A DNA stretch of 64,000 nucleotides, taken from an uncultured delta proteobacterium (lineage in GTDB: Bacteria > Myxococcota > Myxococcia > Myxococcales > Myxococcaceae). Position numbers and translations under genes: made by a program. Positions within the stretch are counted from its first letter, which is position 1. Each line of letters starts with the position of its first letter. The notes beneath the pieces were generated by a model. The model ran no database searches, was not told the origin of the DNA, and worked only from the letters and a program-made list of their open reading frames with translations. The stretch spans positions 173,416 to 237,415 of the forward strand of contig CAVZMH010000001.1 in assembly GCA_963776345.1 (NCBI GenBank), in the 5' to 3' direction. This document shows, one piece after another, positions 1-9,236 of the stretch.

Positions 1-1224
1 CCGGGGATGCCGGCGTCCGAGGCGGGGATCCGGGTGGGCGACGTGGTGAGCGAGGTGGACGGGCGTCCGGTCCGCTCGCTCGAGGAGATGCAGTGGTCCC
101 TGGTGGGCCGGGCCGGGCAGCGGATCCCCATCGTGGTGCAGCGCGACGGTCGGCCGGTCAGGCTCATGGTGACGCCGTCGGGTGAGGGAGCGAGCCGCGG
201 CCGCGGGCTGGTCGGCATCGCGCCGAACCGTGCGCCCCCGGTGGTCGGGGTGCAGGCGGGAGGTCCGGCCGACCGCGCCGGGCTGCGCACGCTCGACCGG
301 GTGATCTCGGTGGACAGCCGGCCGGTGGGAGACCTGCCGTCGCTCGAGCGCGAGGTCGCGGGCGCGAGCGGCCCCGAGCTGACGCTCCAGATCGTCCGGC
401 AGATGCCGGCCGAGGTCCCGGGCCTGGGGGCCACCGTGCCGGTGCTGGAGACGGTCCGGGTGCCACGGCAGGACGGCGCGGGCATGGCCGCGTTCGGGCT
501 CTCGCCCGCGGACATCTACTCGCTCCTCTACGTCGGACGCGTCCTTCCGGGGAGCGCCGCGGCCGATGCGGGGCTGGTGCGCGGCGACCGGGTGGAGGCC
601 ATCGACGGCAACCCGGTCCGCTCGCGCGAGCAGCTGCTCCGGCGCCTCGGCGAGCTGAAGGACCGGCCCTTCCGGCTCTCCTGGGTGCACGAGGGCGCCG
701 CGCGCGAGGCCGAGCTTCGGCTGCGGCCAGGGAAGGCCGGAGACGCGGTCGGCGGTGAAGGCGAGGGGTTCGACCTCGGCATCCGCCTCGAGTCGGGCAT
801 CCCAGGCGAGAGGCCCTCGGACGCCAAGGTCCGGGTCGGTCCCGGGCTCGCGCTGGTCACGGCGGCGCACCGGCTGGGGGAGACCGTCGCGGCCACCGCG
901 GCTGGACTGGCGAAGCTGGTGACCGGTCAGGTCTCGCTCAAGAACGTGGGCGGGCCCATCATGATCTACGGCATCGCCGGGAGGGCGGCGCAGGCCGGGC
1001 TGGACAACTTCCTGAATCTCATGGCCCTCATCTCGGTGAACCTGGGGTTGATCAACCTCGTCCCCATCCCCGCACTGGACGGGTTCCAGCTGCTGTCGGC
1101 GGGCTGGGAGGCGGTGCGCCGCCGTCCCATCCCGATGCGTGCGCGGGAGATCGCCAACGCGGTGGGCATCGTGGCCCTCATCGTCCTGATGGTCCTGGTC
1201 TGCGTGAACGACCTGACGCGCTGA
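1..1224 (+). CDS. rseP: RIP metalloprotease RseP (M50 family, three PDZ domains visible), 5'-truncated by window edge
   Basis: Repeated PDZ motifs (PA..AGLR.GD.V..VDG) and C-terminal GGPIMI...ISVNLGLINLVPIPALDG; frame is open at position 1. Confidence 0.9.
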   Translation, partial: PGMPASEAGIRVGDVVSEVDGRPVRSLEEMQWSLVGRAGQRIPIVVQRDGRPVRLMVTPSGEGASRGRGLVGIAPNRAPPVVGVQAGGPADRAGLRTLDRVISVDSRPVGDLPSLEREVAGASGPELTLQIVRQMPAEVPGLGATVPVLETVRVPRQDGAGMAAFGLSPADIYSLLYVGRVLPGSAAADAGLVRGDRVEAIDGNPVRSREQLLRRLGELKDRPFRLSWVHEGAAREAELRLRPGKAGDAVGGEGEGFDLGIRLESGIPGERPSDAKVRVGPGLALVTAAHRLGETVAATAAGLAKLVTGQVSLKNVGGPIMIYGIAGRAAQAGLDNFLNLMALISVNLGLINLVPIPALDGFQLLSAGWEAVRRRPIPMRAREIANAVGIVALIVLMVLVCVNDLTR

Positions 1225-1730
1225 CCCGGTGGCGGTCGGGCCGGGCGCTGCGGGCCTGCGTCCTGCTGCTGCTGGTCGCGGGCTGCGCGCGGAACCTGAG
1301 GCCGGACGGAGCGGGAGAGGAGGGCGAGGCGTCCTGGTACGGCCCCGGCCTCTACGGGCGCAAGACGGCGAGCGGCGAGGTGCTGCGGCCGGGCACGCTC
1401 ACCGCGGCGCACCGGACGCTGCCCTTTGGCAGCTGCCTCCGGGTGACCAACCTCGAGAACGGGCGGGTGGTGGAGGTCCGGGTCAACGACCGGGGGCCGT
1501 ACGCGGGCGGGCGGATCGTGGACGTGTCCGAGGCGGCTGCCCGCGCGCTGGGGATGCTCGGGAAGGGGGTCACCCGCGTCCGGCTCGACCGGTGTGGCGG
1601 GAGCGCGGAGCTGGGCGGCGCCCGGCCCGGGGAGGTGTCCGGGCCCGCATCCCCCGTCGCAAGTGCCCCCCGGGGCAATCCAGGGTTGCGTCCACCGGGC
1701 AGACCGCGCAAAGCACCCGCCCCGGGATGA
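1221..1730 (+). CDS. rlpA: Septal ring lytic transglycosylase RlpA-family lipoprotein (DPBB domain); start uncertain
   Basis: EGEASWYGPG...TASGE...TAAHRTLPFG...VRVNDRGPY..GRIVDVS. The frame extends upstream of ORF 1380 through a lipobox (VLLLLVAGC); a possible CTG start at 1221 overlaps the rseP stop. Confidence 0.85.
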   Translation: MTRWRSGRALRACVLLLLVAGCARNLRPDGAGEEGEASWYGPGLYGRKTASGEVLRPGTLTAAHRTLPFGSCLRVTNLENGRVVEVRVNDRGPYAGGRIVDVSEAAARALGMLGKGVTRVRLDRCGGSAELGGARPGEVSGPASPVASAPRGNPGLRPPGRPRKAPAPG

Positions 1731-2461
1731 TCGTCGCGCTCGACAGCTCCACCCTGACGCTCTCGCTGGCCGTGGGCCGCCCCGGGGCGCCCGCGCCTCT
1801 GGCGGCCGCGCGGCACGGGCCGCCGGCGAAGATGAGCGATCTCCTGCCGGGGGCGCTCCTGGACCTGCTCGCCGGGGCCGGGCTGTCGCTGGCGGACGTC
1901 CGCGGCTTCGCCGTCGGCCTCGGGCCCGGGAGCTTCACCGGGCTCCGCATCGGCCTGGCGACGGTGAAGGGCCTCGCGTACGCCCGCCGCCTCCCGGTCG
2001 CCGGCGCGTCGTCCCTCGCCGCGCTCGCGCTCGAAGGACCCGAGGACACCCCGCTCGCCGCCGTCGCGGTCGCCCGCCGCGGAGAGCTGTACCTCGGTCG
2101 CTACCGCCGCTCCGGCTCGAAGGTGGAGGCGCTGGCTCCCGAGGAAGCCTGCACCGAGGCGGACCTCGCGCGCTGGCTCGTCTCCGAGCCCGCCGCCCGC
2201 GTGCTCGGGCCCGCGGTGCACGAGGTCCACGCTGCGCTCCTCGCCGCGGGCGTTCCCGAGTCCTGCCTCCTCGCGACGCCCGACATCCCCTCTGCCTGGG
2301 CGGTGGCGAGCCTCGCCGGCGAGCCGTCCGGGTTCGACGTCCAGGCGCTGGCGGCGCTCGAGCCGCACTACGTCCGGGCCTCCGAGGCCGAGCGAAACCC
2401 AAAGTTCCCTCCGCTGCCCGGCCCGGCGCCGGCGGCACGCATCCGAGGCGAGGAGAGCTGA
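1727..2461 (+). CDS. tsaB: tRNA threonylcarbamoyladenosine biosynthesis protein TsaB
   Basis: MIVALDSST...AVGLGPGSFTGLRIGLATVKGLA...EPHYVR; ATGA overlap with rlpA. Confidence 0.92.
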   Translation: MIVALDSSTLTLSLAVGRPGAPAPLAAARHGPPAKMSDLLPGALLDLLAGAGLSLADVRGFAVGLGPGSFTGLRIGLATVKGLAYARRLPVAGASSLAALALEGPEDTPLAAVAVARRGELYLGRYRRSGSKVEALAPEEACTEADLARWLVSEPAARVLGPAVHEVHAALLAAGVPESCLLATPDIPSAWAVASLAGEPSGFDVQALAALEPHYVRASEAERNPKFPPLPGPAPAARIRGEES

Positions 2462-2464
2462 GGC

Positions 2465-3490
2465 ATGGACCGGAGCTGGGAGGTGGCGGTGGTGGGCGCC
2501 ACGGGGGTGGTGGGACGGGAGCTGGTGGGAGCGCTCGCCCAGTCCGGGCATCCGGCGGACCGGGTGCGGCTCCTGGCGTCGGAGCGCTCCGCCAGCGAGG
2601 AGCTGCCGTACGGCGACGGCACGCTGGAGGTCGAGGTCGCCACCGCGGAGGCGCTGCGCGGGACCCGGCTGGCGCTCCTCGCCACCCCGGCCGACGTCTC
2701 CCGCACGCTGGCCCACGTCGCCGAGGCGGGCGGGGCGCTGGTGGTGGACGCGAGCCGCGCCTTCGTCTCGGACCTCAGGACCCCGGTGGTCTTCCCGCGC
2801 GTGCCAGGCGCTGGGCTGGGCCGCGTGCCGGGCGCCCGCCGCTTCCGCGTGCCGGGGCCGGTGAGCCAGGCGCTCCTCACCTGTCTCGAGCCGCTCCGGG
2901 CCGCCGCGGGTCTGCGGGAGGTGCACTGCTCGGCCTTCATCTCCTCCTCGGCCGCGGGGCGGGACGGGGTGGCCGAGCTCGAGCAGCAGACCGCGGGCCT
3001 CCTCACCTCGCGGGAGCTCGAGGCCACCCAGTTTCCCCACCGGCTGGGCTTCAACCTCGTCCCCCAGGTGGGCCCGTTCAGCGAGGGCAGTGGCTCGACG
3101 CTGGAGGAGCTGTCGTGGCGCGCCGAGACCGGGCTCCTCTGGGGCCGCGCGGCGCCGGCACTCGACGGCACGGCGGTGTGGGTCCCGACGTTCTACGGGG
3201 ACCTGGTGCTGATGCACGTGCGCCTGGGGCGGCCGATGACGCCGGCCGAGGCGCGCCAGCTGCTCCAGGCCGCACCGGGGCTCAAGGTGCTCGACGTCCC
3301 GGCCGAGCGCGTCTACCCGATGCCGATGCTGGTCACCGCCGACGACGCCATCCACGTGGGCCGGATCCGCGCCTTCGCCGGGAGCCCCGACGCCCTGGAG
3401 CTGGTCGCGGCCATCGACAACGCCGGCGCCACGGCCCGGCTCTGCCTGGAGGTCGCCGAGCTGGTGACCCGGACGCCCGTGACAAATTGA
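2465..3490 (+). CDS. Aspartate-semialdehyde dehydrogenase family protein (Asd-like/USG-1 type; catalytic Cys and His appear lost)
   Basis: VAVVGATGVVGREL, FPHRLGFNLVPQVG, YPMP, IHVGRIR motifs present; NPNC replaced by VPGP and FYGH by FYGD. Confidence 0.85.
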   Translation: MDRSWEVAVVGATGVVGRELVGALAQSGHPADRVRLLASERSASEELPYGDGTLEVEVATAEALRGTRLALLATPADVSRTLAHVAEAGGALVVDASRAFVSDLRTPVVFPRVPGAGLGRVPGARRFRVPGPVSQALLTCLEPLRAAAGLREVHCSAFISSSAAGRDGVAELEQQTAGLLTSRELEATQFPHRLGFNLVPQVGPFSEGSGSTLEELSWRAETGLLWGRAAPALDGTAVWVPTFYGDLVLMHVRLGRPMTPAEARQLLQAAPGLKVLDVPAERVYPMPMLVTADDAIHVGRIRAFAGSPDALELVAAIDNAGATARLCLEVAELVTRTPVTN

Positions 3491-3594
3491 CACAGGCCGC
3501 CCCGGCCGGCTGTCGTGTTGACCGTCCCGGGCCCCTCGTTTCCCCTCGGTACGGGGCGCGACAGCTGGCCTCACCCTTGCTATCCCTCGGACGG

Positions 3595-4521
3595 ATGCCC
3601 CCACCCCTTCGCGCGGGACTCCTGGTTCTCGTGCTCGCGAGCCCGGCCGCGTTCGCCCAGACCGTCACCCTGGGGTTCGCCGGGAGCAGCGTCACCACGA
3701 ACAGCATCAACCAGGCGGACTGCAACAACGGCAACTCGGTGCGGGTGACCTGGACGGTGGACAGCGCCGTCGTGGGGGACGTCTGCAACAACATGCAGGT
3801 CTTCGTGACCAACAGCAGCAGCTGCCCGGACACGCCGAGCACGGGTTCGACCGATGGGGGGACGGCGGATCAGATCATCGGGACGGTCAGCATCACCGAC
3901 CTCGCGGCCGGGACCGGCACGCTGGATGCCTACCGGATCGCCGACATGCCCGGGCTCGGGGGCAGCTGCCCCGATGGGATCGACATCAGCAACGCCGTCT
4001 GCGCCTCGGTCAACTTCCGGACCGTCGGAGCGACGACCTGCAGCCCGCTCACCAGCTCGACCAACCTCACGCTCCGCTACGACGCCAAGCCGCCCGTCCC
4101 ACCGACGGTGAGCCTGCTCGGGCAGGACTCGAAGATCGTCGTGCAGCTGGGCAACAACGGAGAGTCGAGCGTCGCCTACTACCGGGTCGAGTACGCGCCG
4201 CTGCTCTCGACGAGCGACGCCGGCCCCGCGTGGCTCCAGGTGATTCCCGACCTGTCAGCGACGAAGAACAGCCAGACGATCACCGACCTGACCAACGACC
4301 AGCCCTACGTGGTCCGGGCCTACTCGCTCGACGAGGTCCTCAACCTGTCCCCGCCCTCCGCGGAGCAGACCGCGACGCCCCTGGCGTCCAACGGGTTCTG
4401 GGCCGAGTACAAGTCCGCCGGGGGACACGAGCTCGGAGGCTGCAGCGCCGCCGACGCGACGGTGCCCTCCCTCGTCGGCGCGCTGGTGGTGCTCGCCACG
4501 CTCCTCTGGAGGCGGCGATGA
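3595..4521 (+). CDS. Secreted Cys-containing, FnIII-like surface protein with MYXO-CTERM-type anchor (MXAN_2561-like)
   Basis: Signal peptide (…ASPAAFAQ); FnIII-like TITDLTNDQPYVVRAYSLD; C-terminus GGCSAA…VGALVVLATLLWRRR. Confidence 0.75.
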   Translation: MPPPLRAGLLVLVLASPAAFAQTVTLGFAGSSVTTNSINQADCNNGNSVRVTWTVDSAVVGDVCNNMQVFVTNSSSCPDTPSTGSTDGGTADQIIGTVSITDLAAGTGTLDAYRIADMPGLGGSCPDGIDISNAVCASVNFRTVGATTCSPLTSSTNLTLRYDAKPPVPPTVSLLGQDSKIVVQLGNNGESSVAYYRVEYAPLLSTSDAGPAWLQVIPDLSATKNSQTITDLTNDQPYVVRAYSLDEVLNLSPPSAEQTATPLASNGFWAEYKSAGGHELGGCSAADATVPSLVGALVVLATLLWRRR

Positions 4522-5240
4522 GGGCGCTGGCGATGCTGGCTCTCCTCGGCGCGGCGGGGGCGTCCGCCCAGACCGTCGTCCAGGTCAAGCAGGACGTGGT
4601 CCCGGAACCAAAACTGGGCTTCTTCCTCGAGCTGAAGCTCGGCACGCTGATCCCCCGCGTGGGGGACGAGCAGGGGCTCTCCTCCAACCCCTACCAGACG
4701 ATCTTCCAGAACAAGAGCATGCTGTACGGGGGCGGGGAGTTCGGCTTCATCGCCTGGCACGGGTACGGAGCGGTGAGCGTCGGGTTCGCCGCAGGCTACG
4801 CGGAGAAGTACGCCCCGGCGCTGCTGGTGAGCAACGGGCAGCCGTCCACCGAGAAGACGGCGCTCATCCTCTTCCCCCTCCGCGTCCCCGTGTCCTACCG
4901 CTTCGACGTCACCTGGTCGCGGTGGCGCATCCCGTTCGTGCCCTACGTCAAGCTGGCGCTGCTGGCGACGCCGTGGAAGGTCACCAAGGGTGGCAGCACC
5001 GAGGTGGTAAACGGCCAGAGCGGGGCAGGCATCAAGTGGGGCTACGGGTTCACCGGGGGCATGGCGTTCGTCCTCGACGTGCTGTCCAGGCAGATGGCCA
5101 AGGATCTGACCAACGACACCGGCATCCGCCACAGCTACATCTTCGCGGAGTACAACCTCGACCAGCTCTCGGACTTCGGGAAGGTCGGCCTCAACCTGTC
5201 GGCCCGCTACTTCACCTTCGGGCTCGGCTTCGAGTTCTGA
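4518..5240 (+). CDS. Outer membrane beta-barrel protein (MXAN_2562-like)
   Basis: Signal peptide, alternating aromatic/Gly strands, terminal FGLGFEF; ATGA overlap with upstream gene. Confidence 0.75.
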   Translation: MRALAMLALLGAAGASAQTVVQVKQDVVPEPKLGFFLELKLGTLIPRVGDEQGLSSNPYQTIFQNKSMLYGGGEFGFIAWHGYGAVSVGFAAGYAEKYAPALLVSNGQPSTEKTALILFPLRVPVSYRFDVTWSRWRIPFVPYVKLALLATPWKVTKGGSTEVVNGQSGAGIKWGYGFTGGMAFVLDVLSRQMAKDLTNDTGIRHSYIFAEYNLDQLSDFGKVGLNLSARYFTFGLGFEF

Positions 5241-5242
5241 GC

Positions 5243-5899
5243 GTGGCGGTCACCGTCCTCTACTTCGCGGCGGCGCGCGAACGCGCGGGCACGGCGCAGG
5301 AGACGGTGGAGTGGGCCGGTGGACCGGTCCGGCAGCTCCTCGAGCAGCTCGCGTCGCGGCACCCCGACCTCCGCCCGCTGCTCCCGCACCTCCGGGTCGC
5401 GGTGAACCAGGAGTTCCAGCCGCTGGACGCCCCGGTCCCCGACCGGGCCGAGGTGGCGCTGGTGCCTCCCGTCGCGGGCGGCTCGGGCTGCTTCCGTCTC
5501 TCGGAGGCGCCGCTCGCGCTCGAGGAGGTGGTGCGCGCGGTCGGCGGACCGGAGCGCGGGGGCCTGGTGACCTTCACCGGCACGGTGCGCTCCGAGACGA
5601 AGGGCCGCCGGGTCCAGGTGCTGAGCTACGAGGCCTACCCCGGGATGGCCGAGCGCTCCATGGCCGCCATCGGCCGGGAGATCGAGGAGCGATGGCCGGG
5701 CAGCCGGGCGGCCATCGTCCACCGGGTGGGAACGCTCGTTCCGGGGGAGGCGGCGGTGGTCATCGCCGTCTCCGCGCCGCACCGCGCCGCGGCCTTCGAG
5801 GGCTGCCGCCACGCCATCGAGCGGCTGAAGGCGGACGTGCCCATCTGGAAGAAGGAGCGCTTCGAGGACGGCGAGGAGTGGGTCGGCCTGGGCCCGTAG
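5243..5899 (+). CDS. moaD-moaE: Fused molybdopterin synthase MoaD-MoaE
   Basis: VTVLYFAAARERAG…RVAVNQEF…VPPVAGG (MoaD) read through into GGLVTFTGTVR…YEAY…HRVG…VPIWKKE (MoaE). Confidence 0.9.
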   Translation: MAVTVLYFAAARERAGTAQETVEWAGGPVRQLLEQLASRHPDLRPLLPHLRVAVNQEFQPLDAPVPDRAEVALVPPVAGGSGCFRLSEAPLALEEVVRAVGGPERGGLVTFTGTVRSETKGRRVQVLSYEAYPGMAERSMAAIGREIEERWPGSRAAIVHRVGTLVPGEAAVVIAVSAPHRAAAFEGCRHAIERLKADVPIWKKERFEDGEEWVGLGP

Positions 5900-6013
5900 C
5901 ACCTCGTCCGCGGTGTCCGTCCCGGCGAGTGGTCTCGACACGGGCCATCGCCACGCGCCGAGACCTCGAGCTCCGTCATGCTGTGCTCCGCGCGCTCTGC
6001 CGCGCGCCGCCGG

Positions 6014-6591
6014 TCACTTCTTCGGCGGAGCAGGAGCGGGCGCCGGCGCGGGGGCGGGCGCCGCGGGCGCGGGGGTCGCCGCAGCCGGAGCGGGCGCGGC
6101 CGCAGCTGGAGCAGCCGCCGGAGCCGCGGCCTTCGGAGCCGCCGCAGCCTTCACCTGCGAGGACAGCGCCTTGCACGCCTCGCTCAGCTCGTCGTGGTGC
6201 TGGGTCAGGCAGTCCGCGAGCTTGCCCTTGGTGTGGGGGACCTCGGCGCAGAACTTCGCGATGTCCTCCTTGCACTCGCCGCCGGTGGACCGGATCTCGG
6301 TGAGCCGTGCCCGGCAGCTGTTGGACAGCTCGCCCTCGTGCTCGTTCAGGCAGCGGATACAGCGCGGCCCCCCCCGGGCTGAACTTCTGCGCAGAACGCC
6401 TCGGCGTCCTGCTTGCACGGCGAGCTCGACTTCACCGCGACCACCGGCGGGACGGCCGCCGCAGGGGCCGGCGCTGCCTGCGCGGCGGCCGGGGCAGCGG
6501 GGGCTGGAGTGGGAGCCGGGGGCTTCGTTTGTGCCGCCACCACGCTGACCGCCAGACAGGCACCGAGGACGACGCTTCGTCGCAAGCTCAT
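6014..6591 (-). CDS. Secreted cysteine-rich-repeat (GLG1-like) protein with Ala/Pro-rich flanks; apparent frameshift near 6350-6380
   Basis: Signal peptide; two repeats C..D...FC.EV..G.G....CL..H..ELS..C split between ORFs 6346-6591 and 6014-. Confidence 0.7.
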
Positions 6592-6721
6592 TGGACCCTC
6601 TCTTGCAGACCTGGTTCAGGGAACAGCCAAACCTCCCAGGAGCCCCCGACCCGGGCCATCGGACCAAGGTCTCATGGCCTGACTCGAGCCCCGGAGGAGG
6701 AAATGGCTGCTCGACCCAGCG

Positions 6722-7417
6722 ATGACGCCCCCGCCGACATCCGCTCCCGCGATGAGCCCGAAGCCCCCGCGGCCGCTGCTCCGCGGAGTGCTGAGCCCAT
6801 TCGAGCGGGCCTCCGAGGTCCTCTTCGGCCTGATCATGGCCCTGACCATCACCGGGGCGCTGAGCGTGGCGCACGCCACCGAGCAGGAGACCCGGGCGCT
6901 GTTCGTCAGCACCCTGGCCTGCAACATCGCCTGGGGACTGGTGGACGGGGTGATGTACGTCCTCAACGCGCTCTTCGAGCGGGGACGGCGCTCGCTCGTC
7001 GTCCGCGCGCTGCGCGCGAGCCCGGACACCGCGGACGCCACCCAGCTGCTCACCGAGGTCCTCCCGGAGCCGTTCGTGGGCACCCTGAGCGGAGGAGAGG
7101 TCCGGGCGCTGCGGGAGAAGATCGCCGGACACCCCGAGCTGCCCGCCCGTCCGAGTCTGCACCGCGACGACCTGATCGGCGCGGTGGGCGTGTTCCTCCT
7201 GGTCGTGGCGAGCACCTTCCCGGTGGCGCTGCCCTTCTTGCTGATCGGCGATCCCGCGCTGGCGAAGGACATCTCGCGGGCACTGTCACTGGTGCTCCTC
7301 TTCCTCAGCGGCTTCGCCGTGGGCTGGTACGCGGGACTTCGCCCGGTGGTCGTCGGCCTGGCGATGGTCGGCATCGGCGTGGTGCTGGTGGGGCTCGTCT
7401 CGGCGCTGGGCGGATGA
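6722..7417 (+). CDS. VIT1/CCC1-family membrane protein
   Basis: EVLFGLIMALT…ACNIAWGLVDG…STFPVALPF, about 5 TM segments. Confidence 0.75.
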   Translation: MTPPPTSAPAMSPKPPRPLLRGVLSPFERASEVLFGLIMALTITGALSVAHATEQETRALFVSTLACNIAWGLVDGVMYVLNALFERGRRSLVVRALRASPDTADATQLLTEVLPEPFVGTLSGGEVRALREKIAGHPELPARPSLHRDDLIGAVGVFLLVVASTFPVALPFLLIGDPALAKDISRALSLVLLFLSGFAVGWYAGLRPVVVGLAMVGIGVVLVGLVSALGG

Positions 7418-8046
7418 GACGCCGGCGCGCCACGGGGCTGCTGGCCTTGCTGCTCCCGGCGGTATCCCTCGCCCAGGGCGCTCCCGCGGCGGAGGAGGCG
7501 GAGAAGGCCTGGTCCTTCGGAGCCGCGCTGACCTGGTACTTCGTCCCCGACCAGGGGAATCACGGGGTGCCCACGGTCACCGCGGACCACGGGCCGTTGC
7601 ACCTCGAGCTCCGCTACAACTACGAGGCGCTCCGGACCGCCTCGGTCTGGGTGGGGTGGAACTTCGAGTTCGGCGAGACCGTCACCTTCGGCCTCACGCC
7701 CATGGCCGGATGCATGCTGGGGGAGGCCGGGGGACCCGCCCTGGGCGTCCTGGTCTCCGTCGGCTGGGGCCCGGTCTCGTTCAGCTCGCAGGACGAGTGG
7801 GTCTCGGACCTGAAGGGAGGGACCGGCGGCTTCTTCTACGCCTGGACCGAGCTCGACGTGCGCCCGTGGGAGTGGCTCCGGGCGGGCGTGGTCGCGGAGC
7901 GCACGCGCGTGTTTCACACCGCCCGGGAGGTCGTCTTCGGGCCGCTCCTCGGAGTGACCGTGTGGAAGGTCGGTCTCTCCGCGTACTGGTTCCAGCCCGG
8001 AGGCATCGACCAGTACTTCGTCGCCTCCGTCGGGGTGAGCTTCTGA
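7414..8046 (+). CDS. Hypothetical secreted protein, probable outer membrane beta-barrel
   Basis: Signal peptide, Trp/Tyr-rich strands, C-terminal VGVSF; ATGA overlap. Confidence 0.65.
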   Translation: MRRRRATGLLALLLPAVSLAQGAPAAEEAEKAWSFGAALTWYFVPDQGNHGVPTVTADHGPLHLELRYNYEALRTASVWVGWNFEFGETVTFGLTPMAGCMLGEAGGPALGVLVSVGWGPVSFSSQDEWVSDLKGGTGGFFYAWTELDVRPWEWLRAGVVAERTRVFHTAREVVFGPLLGVTVWKVGLSAYWFQPGGIDQYFVASVGVSF

Positions 8047-8100
8047 GAGGGGTCGCCGATGAAAGCGGCCCTGATGGCTTCGATGAACCCCGTGACGTGC

Positions 8101-9141
8101 TCAGCGCCCGAGCGTCATCGAGAGCACCTGCCGGACCTCGCCGTACGCGAGCCAGGCCACCGCGGCGACGCCGGCCAGCAGGCTCAGCGTCTGCAGCAGC
8201 GTCTGGACCCGCCCATCGACCGGACGTCCAGCGAAGGCTTCCCACAGGGTGAGCAGCATCCGTCCGCCGTCCAGCGCGGGGAGCGGCAGGAGGAAGAAGA
8301 GGCCCAGCGCGAGCGAGAGGGCCGCCAGCGTCCGGACGAGGGCGTCCACGCTCCTGCCGGCCGCCTCCGCAGCGCCCCAGACCAGCGCGCCGGCGGTGTG
8401 GTTCCGGGCCGCGCCGCCCCAGGGCTGGGCGAGCAGCTGGCCGGCCTCGTGGAGGATCCTCCGGAGCACCACCCCGGTGTGGCGCACCGCTTCCACGAGG
8501 GCCCGGCCCGGCCGGAGCCGCTCGAAGGCGTAGAGCTGTCGAAGCCCGATGCGTGCCCGCCCATCGGCATCGAGCCCGGGCTCGACCTCCAGGGAGAGCG
8601 TGTCCGGCCCGCGAGCGAGGCCCACCACGGTCGCGGTCTCCGAGGGCCGGCCGAGCGCCGCGACCAGCTCGGACCATCGATGGACGGGCGCGCCGTCCAC
8701 CGAGACGATGCGGTCGCCCGGGTGGAAGCCGGCGCGCGCGGCCACCGAGCCCGGCTCGACCGCACCGACCACCGTTCCCACCGGGTGGTGGGTCCCGGCG
8801 GCGAACAGCCCCGCCAGCAGCAGCACCGCCACCACCCAGCTCCCCAGCGGGCCCGCGGCGAAGATGGCCAGCCTCCGTCCGACGGACAGGGTGGCGAAGG
8901 GGACGCCCGAGGCGCGGGTGGCATCGTGGGGATTCTCCCCCTCGAGCCGGAGCCACCCTCCGAAGGGGATGGCCCCCACCGCCCAGCGCTGGCCGAGCGC
9001 CCGGACGCTGAACAGCGGGGGGCCAATCCCGAAGGAGAAGACGATCGCCCGGGTGCCGAAGACGCGCGCGGCGAGCAGGTGCGCCAGCTCGTGCACGGCC
9101 AGGAGCACACCGAGGGCGAGCAGCGCGAGGAGGGCTCGCAT
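8101..9141 (-). CDS. M50-family site-2 metalloprotease with one PDZ domain (second RseP paralogue)
   Basis: VHELAH, FSFGIGPPL, IPFGGW, AAGP, LPLPALDGG. Confidence 0.85.
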   Translation of the reverse strand: MRALLALLALGVLLAVHELAHLLAARVFGTRAIVFSFGIGPPLFSVRALGQRWAVGAIPFGGWLRLEGENPHDATRASGVPFATLSVGRRLAIFAAGPLGSWVVAVLLLAGLFAAGTHHPVGTVVGAVEPGSVAARAGFHPGDRIVSVDGAPVHRWSELVAALGRPSETATVVGLARGPDTLSLEVEPGLDADGRARIGLRQLYAFERLRPGRALVEAVRHTGVVLRRILHEAGQLLAQPWGGAARNHTAGALVWGAAEAAGRSVDALVRTLAALSLALGLFFLLPLPALDGGRMLLTLWEAFAGRPVDGRVQTLLQTLSLLAGVAAVAWLAYGEVRQVLSMTLGR

Positions 9142-9236
9142 GCGGTCCGTCCGGGAGCGTATCAGTGGTCCGCAGCCCGGGGGGACGGCGATTGAAGCCC
9201 CGGGGCGTGGTCTCTAGACTCGCCCGTCCGCTCGTG

